Shown here: positions 23,591 to 32,353 of the stretch, in pieces
Numbering within the stretch: position 1 is the stretch's first letter
Layout: the number at the start of each line of letters is the position of its first letter
NCBI GenBank assembly: GCA_973895155.1
Contig: OZ316898.1
Coordinates: forward strand, 14,972,330-15,036,329
Reading direction: 5' to 3'
DNA length: 64,000 nucleotides
Source of the DNA: Marsupella aquatica
Lineage: Eukaryota; Plantae; Marchantiophyta
Notes under the pieces: model-generated
The model's input: only the letters and a program-made list of their open reading frames with translations
What the model was told of the DNA's origin: nothing
Database searches by the model: none
Translations under genes and position numbers: made by a program

Positions 23591-24329
23591 AATAAACCTA
23601 AAATTTGAGGGAACCCTCCTCAACCTCCATGAGAGATGAAAGTAAAACGAGAAGTAAAAAAGGATGATCCGCAATAAGAAAACGATCTACCAACAATGAG
23701 AAACCATGCTCTCAAAAAGGCCAAAGGCGCTAGGCTCTCAATGGAAGTAAACCCAAACCACCCTAAAAAATAGGAAGATTGAATTGTCGAAGAAGCCACA
23801 AATTAAAATGAGAGCAAAGTACCTGTCCCTAAAAGGGAGGCAAAAGTCTCACAAATGGAGATATCAAACGCACTGAAGTGTAAACAAAGATCCTTGGTAT
23901 GAGCATGCATCCTAGCCACAAAGAGTGTCTTCCTAGCTCCTCAATCCTTGTCCATGCCACAATCAGCACAATTGCACATACTAATCCACAGAAAGGGAAG
24001 TTACATAAACTACCCTTACAACAATACATAAACTAAAGTTTTATACACAAAGTTCTCACAAATCTGAAGGCCTTAGAGAATCCATATGTTCTTCAACCAG
24101 AACTATTTCAAAAAATTCAAAAATAATGCACAACACTGATATATCAATCAAGAGAATTCCAAAACTAAGGTCAATTTCTTTAATCCTAGTCTTTGTTTAT
24201 TTCAAGTGTTACTCTTCATCATTGTTTTGTTTTTACAGCTTAGTGATCTAACTGTTTTTCTTTTGCCATGCCACAAACACAAATCATTTGGATTTGTTTT
24301 TCTTGTAAAACCACATTTTGTTTGTGGCT

Positions 24330-24390
24330 AACATTGCTGATGTGGCTCAACGTGGTGCCAGAGATTTTGGAAGGAACTTCCCATTGGGGT
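24330..24390 (-). repeat. Dispersed repeat also present at ~37245-37300 (+)
   Basis: CCCCA(A)TGGGAAGTTCCTTCCAAA...CATCA(G/A)CA is shared in opposite orientation. Confidence 0.55.
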
Positions 24391-24899
24391 CTGTAAAGAA
24401 ATGGAAAATACAAGCAATTTGATGTTAAGCACTGATATATCATTGACAATATATCAAATAGGTTATCAATAGGGTGTAAAATAACAAATGACATGTGAAA
24501 CAAATGCAATGCAATGTGTGAAGATACATAGCACATTGTCAAAGGACAAAAAATGCTTAATAGAAACAAAATGCCAAAGAGAAGAGATCCAGTAAAGGGG
24601 AAAAATCAATGGAAAAACCCCGAGATGACCAAAGATAAAAACACAGGGGAGTCCCACACAATGCAAAAGAAACTATACCCCTACTCAGCGGTAAACTAAA
24701 AAGCTTTGTAAAGCTCATGAGTAAACCACATAGGAGAATCACAAAGTGGTGTTTGCTTAGAGTCCCTAAAACCAGGATCTTAGAGCCAACTTGCATATGG
24801 ACGATCCTTAGTTTTCAGGTCCTCAACTTACAGATGGCAGTAAAGTATTGATTGATTGAGAACTTTGTAGGTCTATTTGGTTGACAAGGCTTTGATTGA

Positions 24900-24979
24900 G
24901 ACCTTAAGGGCCTAAAACTTGCCCTTGAACAGGTGGAGAACCAAGGGCAAGTTTTAGGCCCTTAAGGTCCCACCTGTTC
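24900..24979. repeat. Perfect 28-bp hairpin whose loop is complementary to the 3' flank
   Basis: Arms 24900-24927 and 24942-24969 are exact reverse complements. GAACAGGTGG (24927-24936) is the reverse complement of CCACCTGTTC (24970-24979). Confidence 0.9.
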
Positions 24980-25685
24980 TTTGAAATGAGAATAAAACAA
25001 ACAAACATGATAATGCACTGTTCATACAAACAAGGGAGAAGGCTAAACAATCACACAAAGATGTTTTGCAGGGTTCACACATAGCAAGCAAGCAGGTCTA
25101 TGGAACATTGAAATCCTTTTTTTCCCAATGCTCTTAATTGGCAGCCTGTTGAATGCTTGAGCCCTTAAAAAGTATAGTAGGGCGTCTCAAATATGAGACT
25201 TTTCCCTGCGGGACGCCGCCCGGGAGCGTTCCAGGTCGGGCCATCGGTACTGACTGGTCGGGCGCCGAATGTCAGCCCCAACCAGTCACACCCGGGACTG
25301 ATGACCGATAGGGAGTGCCCGACTGCGCGTAACCCAGGTTACCCTAGGGTTTAGGATGATGGTTGGATGAGCGCAGACTACCTCACGACTACTTCACGAT
25401 TCTCTGTCGCCCCCCTCCCCGAAGGTCGAGCATCGAATTTTGAGCGCGTACTCTCCTACAAGTGTTCGATGGGAGCATTGCGAGCTAACTTTGTAACCAG
25501 GGAGTGAAGGTGGTGGAGCTTTAACGATCGGCTGTGGTTGCGTTGTGGGTTGCGCGCCTCTGTGAAACGATTTTCACACCACGCAATATCGGTAAGGGGT
25601 CTTTAGCGTCGAATTTTTGAAATAGTTGTTGTTCATGTGATGCGCAATTCGTGTTGCATCCTGAAATGCTCTATATCTTTCTGTC

Positions 25686-26345
25686 ATGGTGGCATTCCAG
25701 GCCATGGGGGACTGGACACCCCTTGCAGTTGTGGAGGATGCTAGAGTCTCTGGAAAGTGCGAGTCGTTCCCACCATCTCTAGTCTGGGCAGGGAACTATT
25801 TCGCCAGAAATCCATTTCCAAGGAAGTTTACGTATTCTGCATGTACAGAGCTGGAACGTCCAGGCATAGTTTGTAACAGGTCCCTGGAGTTTGGTCGAAA
25901 ATGTGGGCATTCTGCCCGTGGAGAGCCTAAGTATCGATTCCAACTCACTCTCTTTGATGCTGTGCACGGTGGCACACCTCCACTCAGAGCTCTAATTTGG
26001 GATCAGACAACTGTGCTCCTCAATTTACAGCCAGCAGCATTTAGCCTTTTACATGATGATGAGCAACTAGTCACGGTCCTAAAAGTAGTCCAAAAATGTC
26101 CTAAATTGCAAGTCTGGTTATCTGTGAAAAACATGGAGCTGCACATCCTACGCCTGGCATTTGTGCATGAAGGGTGTACAAGTAGTCCTGGGATTCATTT
26201 AGGTAACAGCATAGGAAATTCCCCTAGCCAGGGTACACCCAAACAGGCTGTACAGTTTGAATGCACTCCCACAAAGCCAAAGAGTGCCAAAAAATTGTTG
26301 GCTGATTTGATAGAAGCTCTGAAGGACACTGACCTAATAGATTAG
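25686..26345 (+). CDS. Transposon-borne RPA70 C-terminal-like OB-fold/zinc-ribbon protein (probable start Met at 25704)
   Basis: FTYSACTE...VCNRSL...KCGH...EPKYRFQLTLFD...LRALIWD...LLNLQPAAF matches the Rep_fac-A_C pattern YxAC..CNKK...C..C...RY.L.L.D.T....F...LLG..A. The ORF is intact. Confidence 0.6.
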   Translation: MVAFQAMGDWTPLAVVEDARVSGKCESFPPSLVWAGNYFARNPFPRKFTYSACTELERPGIVCNRSLEFGRKCGHSARGEPKYRFQLTLFDAVHGGTPPLRALIWDQTTVLLNLQPAAFSLLHDDEQLVTVLKVVQKCPKLQVWLSVKNMELHILRLAFVHEGCTSSPGIHLGNSIGNSPSQGTPKQAVQFECTPTKPKSAKKLLADLIEALKDTDLID

Positions 26346-26577
26346 ATTTTGAGTCACTCTATAATGTTTTCAACTATTTTGTACTCGACTAATGCATACC
26401 TCTGCCATGATATTTGTATACTACCTTGGCAAGTGGCTGTTTTTTTTTTGCATACAAATGTTCCATTGCTGAATCCTTGGTCTAAGTATGTGATTGAATT
26501 CATGGGAATTGTGCAAATGCCTCTGAACATTTATCTTCTTGCCTTGTACATTTTTCCAGAACCATACATTGCTCATT

Positions 26578-28097
26578 ATGCCTCGTGTTTTACAACGCCA
26601 GGAACAATTGAGGGCTCTCAGGCATGAACTACAGCTAAACATTGCATTAATGAGCTCCTCAAACTCTTCATCTGATGTAGATTCACTGAACGCCCCATCG
26701 GGCTACTTGGAGGCAGAGGATCTGGCCAATACTTCCATTTTATCACAGTCAGACAACGACTGTGACATGGACAGTACTACTTCGGACTCAGAGTGCTCAG
26801 ACGGTCCACTTGAGTATGAAGTTCTTACTTCAATGTTTGAATTGTACTTTGTGCTGTACTACACCAGGTTCTTTGTCCCCAGACATGTGACCAGTAAGTC
26901 TGGGGAATTTGTCGCCCAATATTTCCACAATTTGCCCAATCCATTGTTCAGGCAGCTGACGAGGATGGACAAGAGCACCTTCTTTGGCCTGGTTGATAAA
27001 GTTGAATCTCATCCCATATTTGAGAACCATTCTCACTATGGACAGGCCCCCATCATTACCCAGTTAGCAGTATGTCTTGACAGGCTAGGCCATGATGGTA
27101 ATGGGGCGTGTTTAAATCATTTGATCCCAACTTGGGGAGTTAGTTGTGGCACTCTAGTAAATTTTAGCAAGCGGTGCTTTGTGGCTTTAGAGGCAGTGCT
27201 TTTTGACCAAATTGCTTGGCCAAACATCACTGAGAGGCTTCAGATTTCAGAAGCGTTTTCAGCTCATGGCTTCCCAGGATGTGTAGGGCTCATTGATGGG
27301 TCCCTGATGCCATTGACACAACGGCCTAAAGCACATGGAGAATGTTACTATGACAGATAGAGTCGTTATTCAATTAACAGTCAAGTAGTGTGTGACCACA
27401 GGCGAAAAATCATCTTCATGTTCATAGGTAATTATATTTCCATTTGCATTTTCAATTGAAATTGTAAGTTGTATTGAGCAGTTTTAAATTGCAGGACTAA
27501 CTGAACATTATGTGTGTACAAATTTCAGGAATACCAGGATCATGTGGTGACCTCACAAGCATCAGGAGGTCTCCATTGTGGGAATATTGTAACCAGGTAG
27601 GGGCAAATGTAGTGTTCCAAGAAGGGCAGTACTTATTGGGTGACTCTGGCTATCATGTCTGTCCCCATTTAGTATGTTCCTTTAAACGAGTGGACACTTC
27701 AGACAACAAAGAGGACTTTAACACATGTGTGGCTAAGTGTCGAGTCACTAATGAACATTGTATTGGAGTTCTGAAATCCCGTTGGCATTCACTGAAAGAG
27801 GTGAGGGTGCAGCTCAATCAAAAAAAGGATTCAGTTTGGATGGTTAGATGGATAAACATTTGCTGTAAGTTGCACAATTATGTTATCAATGAGAACGATG
27901 AGTGGACTGAAGACGACCAAATGGAGAACCAGGACTCAGTGGATGCCTCTGAGCCGAATGAGACTGAAGGACATTTCAGGGCTTCAAGGCAAGTAACTTC
28001 ACAGGCCGGAAATGCCCTGCTACTTCGGGTAATGGATTACACCCAGGTTCAGTTTAATAGGGCCCCAGGAAGATTTTTATGGAGCGCCCCTCAATGA
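26578..28097 (+). pseudogene. Harbinger/PIF DDE transposase (DDE_Tnp_4), two exons, one nonsense codon
   Basis: Reads FRQLTRMDKSTF...QLAVCLDRLGHDGNG...GFPGCVGLIDGS...YYDR*SRYSINSQVVCD; intron 27428-27528; then GIPGSCGD...YLLGDSGY...RVTNEHCIGVLKSRW...CCKLHN. The TAG at 27358-27360 sits where a Lys is usual. Confidence 0.92.
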
Positions 28098-28112
28098 CCA
28101 GGACTCAATTAA

Positions 28113-28849
28113 ATGGCCACTTTGCAGGTATAGTCCTGTTCCCCTTGTGTGGCACACAGTTCTACATACTTCACGTGGGTACTTTCTTTGTGGAGTTAAT
28201 ATGGAGTAACTTCGTAAGGCAGCCACTTTGCCTTGCATATTTCTTTTCCATGTGACGCTCCATGCCTATTCTCACGTTGGCCTTTTATGAGTACTTCAGG
28301 GAGGACCTACTCGCCTCGAGCTTCACAGAAGGCCACTCGAATGTGACAAGGGCCTGAAGTCTATTGTTGTTTCAAAGTCCGCAAGTCAGCGTAAGAGTTT
28401 TGAGGTGACATCGCTCAACGATGCAGAATACACGGCTTTGGCTTGTGGGGAAGGGGATTACCAATTCCACCATATGGATTGCAATTCCGGGTTTTCCACA
28501 GTGGCCAAAGGAACCTCGTATTTCCTTTCAGAGAGTCCACGGTTTTGTGGAGAATTTTGACCCTAATTTTGAAGGTGTGCAAGTCCTTGAGGTTAACGTG
28601 AGGGCAGCCCTAGTGTACTCCAAAGCAGTACTTTTTGGCAGGCAAGAAATGGTGCCTTTTGGGGAGATCCCTATGCCTGATCTCCCGGTAATCCACTTGG
28701 AAGATTTTGATACGGAAGGAGAGAGCGTAGTGACAACAGCGGATGCTGGATGCGGGGAGTTGGAATCGGGAGAGGTGTCCTCTGTTTCATGTGGAGAGGA
28801 CCTCGGATGTGCTAAACCGACTCCTCATACAGGAGCACCAATAGAGTGA
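28113..28849 (+). pseudogene. Third transposon-borne gene, unknown product (possible OB-fold), probably frameshifted
   Basis: MATLQ (28113-28127), then a GT-AG intron (28128-28299), then GGPTRLELHRRPLECDKGLKSIVV...EYTALACGEGDYQ. It continues in another frame as IWIAIPG...FQRVHGFVENFDPNFEGVQVLEVNV with an acidic tail to the stop at 28849. Confidence 0.4.
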
Positions 28850-29031
28850 TAGAGGATAGAGCAAAATTTCATACTAGGGTTTACGTATTGTTGTAGTTCA
28901 ACTTTGGTGGAGCTTTTTGAACGGATGTACTTTGTACACAAGCTAGGCATTTTATGTGAACTACTCTAAAATGTAACCTTGGGCAATTTTGTCTCGAAAA
29001 GCGGCTAAGTGTGCCCTTTTTGGATGAATGA

Positions 29032-29777
29032 ATGATTCGGCTATGGATGCCAAAGTATGCAGCTGTTGTGGAGTGTCAATTTGGCTTCTGTTGGCTTCTA
29101 TTGCAAATGCATTCCGAGTTTGCTCCCCGGTTTGCTCTGAGTGTGGAGGTCCATCCCAAAAATGATCACAAATGGTCCCGATGTAACATTGGAAAAGAAT
29201 GCCTATGTCCCATTTATCTTAGACACATTAATTTGAAGTACACGTAGAGTTTCAAAAAGTAATGCTCCATCAAACCCCCGATCAAACCGATGGAGCTGGA
29301 GTGGGAGGAGGAGGACGTGTATCTGTGTGTCCACTCCAAGTTCAGATTTGATAAAAATCAATAGGGCACTTTATTCTCTTAGGGTTCATTCACTGGTTCC
29401 ACGCCCAGATGTTGTGTGTTTTCTAATGCCGATCTTCTTTTTAATGAACTTGCTGCGGAGTGCTGATGTTATGCTGTGAACTATTAGTCTAGAAGAAGTT
29501 ATCCTAACGTTGGAAAGGTTAAATCATGCGACTCAGAAACTTTAACTCATCCCGCATTTTCAAGTAATTTCTGCCCCCAATCCAGATGCTTTAGATCCCT
29601 ATCTTCTGATACATACTGAGAAGACTAGACACGGTGAGCTTTCATGATATGCGACGTTCATGCTTGGGTGGATATCAACACACAAAGTGAGCTATTGATC
29701 CTGCCTTCTGAAGCGAATTCAGAAGGTTTGCATTCATGGTTAGATCTAGATATCGGTACTTACTCGCAGGATTGAAG
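29032..29777 (+). pseudogene. Possible fourth degenerate gene in the transposon (Cys-rich N-terminus)
   Basis: Fragmented frames read MDAKVCSCCG...FYCKC...VCSECGG, then later MELEWEEEDVYLCVH and FMICDVHAWVDINTQSELLILP...LHSWLDLDIGTYSQD*. Many stops; reconstruction uncertain. Confidence 0.25.
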
Positions 29778-29890
29778 GGTATCGACTGAGCATTTTAATT
29801 GTGGAAAATGTGTGTGACCACACAACAATCAGTACATGGAAAAATTGGCATTTAACCTACTTCACAGAAGCCAACCTAAAGTCTACTGAG

Positions 29891-31388
29891 CTACGGGCTA
29901 ACTGAATCTGGGACACTCGAACTTGCTGCGTCTATAATGGCCATCATTACCTTAAAGTGTTCAGGCGAAGGATTCTAATGAATAAGTTGCGTGAGCAAGA
30001 CTGTGGATTGCTGAGCTTTTATAATAGCCAGCTGATGTTTGAGATCTATTCTTGCTCGCTTCTCATCGTGTCTTCGTTGAATTCGTTCTCTTCTATTCAC
30101 TTTTGCTGATTGAGCAACTCGCATGACGCTCTCTCAGAATGCATCTGCTTCTCTGGCCTCTTTCCTGTCTACAAGTTCTTGTTGCCTCCATCTGTCCTTG
30201 GCCTCGATCATCTGAATTCTGTATGCATTTTTCTCTTGTAATCTTTCGGCATATATACACCTCGGCCAGGTTGGGCTTAGATGTGGATTGCGTTTGTGAT
30301 GGCCTCTTCCCCTGTCGGGCCCGCTGACTACCTCGTTCCTGTGTGACTGCTGGATGAGTAGACGCTGTGCCTCTGCTTTGACCTTGTGACCGTGGAGCTG
30401 CCAATGCTGGGATGAATGTTGGAGTTGACATCGGCTCTTCAACAGTTGGCAGGTTTGATCCAGGCTGGGATTCAGGCTGAGTTGTTGTTTGAGGTAGCGA
30501 CTCATTCACAGAGCTATTGGCGGTACCAGGAGGCCGAGTTGCATCAATGTCATCGTCGGTAAGGGAATGAGCAAATTGAATTTCGGGGTCAGTTGCGGCA
30601 AAAATAGCAGAGTGAGTACCAAATGAATTGTCAATGGTGCAATGGACTACATTTAGAGGCCTACATGCAAGTCATTTGCGCTACCAAATGGGAATGGGGG
30701 GAGTAGCTACGCTCTTACCTGCTTCGTGGTAGTTGGAGTTGTCTGGGTTTGGAAACTCAGATTCATGCAGCTCTTCATCGTCGGATCCAACATCAACATA
30801 TAATTCTCGATGGCCCGGTAAGCCAGCAGCGATTGTGCTTGGAGGAGAAACGTTAGATCTCTCCCCATAAATTGCGTGCATGCGCTCAAACAATGGGCAA
30901 ATTTTCTCATACTTATCACCCAGTGTAAGTCCCTGTCTCAACTCAGCTTCTGTGAGTCCAGCACCAGAGTCTCGCTTCATAGCCAGGGCCTCCTTATATT
31001 TCTTTAAGAAACGCTGAAATCGCTTCCCAAGGTTATCGCCTGTTGCCACAAACTTTGGAAATCCATTGTCGTGCAAGTCGATGAGCATCTTTTTGAAAAC
31101 AGTCTTCTTCGGAGGATGTTTACCTGTGATGGATGGACGACTACTGGTGCCATTGAGCATAGCAAAGTTCTCAGGTACTTCCAACCAATCAACGATCATT
31201 GCAAGGTGATGTGGCAAAAGCTTACGATTATCTCCTCCTGGACCCATTGCTTCAGCTTGCGTGACCATATCGATGTCGGATTCAGGAGGTTGGGAGTCGT
31301 GGATGACCACTTCAGCAGGGGAATACCTCGGCCGATTTGGATAGTGAACCTGATGGTTCACATATGATTCCTCGGCTGACAAGTCCAT
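29891..31388 (-). pseudogene. Harbinger accessory ORF2 (Myb/SANT-like DNA-binding domain + coiled-coil tail), convergent to the transposase
   Basis: Exon 1 (31388-30719) reads MIVDWLEVPENF...KKTVFKKM...LGKRFQRFLKKYKEA...GAGL...KICPLFERMHAIYGER. After a short intron come a low-complexity linker and a charged helical tail (YAERLQEKNAYRIQMIEAKDRWRQQE...), with a frameshift at ~30255 and internal stops. Confidence 0.75.
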
Positions 31389-32353
31389 GTTTAGTATTGC
31401 TGATTTCGCCTCAGAAATTTGGAGAGGAGCTCCTAGATCGAGCGAGGGAATTGCTATTTCAAATCTTCAAGGAATTGAGCAAAGCATTCATGTCGCGACC
31501 AACACATTACGGCGCGTTCAAAATAAAAGTGGGAATCGATAGAAAGCTAGTGTGTAGTGTGTAGTTTTGCACTAGTCGTCCACCTCAGGTTAACCTCAGG
31601 TTTAGCAGGAAATGGCCCGACACTCAGTGCCGCGACCCCACTCAATATTGAGTGCCCTAAAATAAAACGGCTCGGGTGTATCCACTTGCGGGACGCCCGA
31701 CACCTTCACGGGCCGCCCGTGAGGTCAGATATATTCCCATATTTGAGACGCCCTAGTAGATCCCTGCTGTCTAAAGAAGGGAGGCCACGGCTTGGACAAA
31801 AGATCTCACATGATCGTGAGTGGTACAGCTCAGGAGTAAACACATAGAAGAGTTCAGAGTGGAATTTGCCTAGAGACCCTCAACCCTAGCATAATAATGA
31901 AAGCGAATCACTCGATAGTGCAACAAACACCATGTCTAGACAATTGAGTGAAGTTTCACTTTACACGAAAGGGCGACACGTGATCCCAATAAACCGTGAG
32001 CCAACACAAATGACCCTAAACTTCTTGCAGTCCGAAAGCTTATAATTGCAAAATGACCCTCACTTTTGCTCCCAGTCACGGAAAACCCCCATTAGCAAAC
32101 TGACCCAGATAAAAGATGAAATTGGCCACCTCTAAGGTCTAGCATATAGCCACATGGCACATTTCCTGAGAAAGTGGGATTTGGAAGGAGGAGGAGCGAT
32201 ATTCGACAGAGGGGCAAGCGCATATCTACTGTAGCAACTCTATGAGTCGCAAGGATGTCTTTTCTCAAATCCAAAGCACAGCCCTTAGCTCCTACAACGT
32301 ACTGCGGTTCACGCTTTTAGCAAGGTAGAGAATTTGTGTGCAGCAGAGTATCA

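Larger units (their letters stand above)
25179..31754. mobile_element. Full-length PIF/Harbinger-superfamily (PHIS; Pangu-like) DNA transposon, 6576 bp, with extra genes
   Basis: TIRs AGGGCGTCTCAAATATG (25179-25195) and CATATTTGAGACGCCCT (31738-31754) are a perfect 17-bp pair, flanked by AGT on both sides (equivalently TAGTA if the TIR starts one base inward). A DDE_Tnp_4 transposase and a convergent Myb/SANT-like ORF lie inside. Confidence 0.92.

Noticed and set aside
27358-27360. Programmed stop-codon readthrough in the transposase
   Set aside because: A single AAG>TAG change explains it, and ORF2 is also disrupted, so ordinary decay is more parsimonious.
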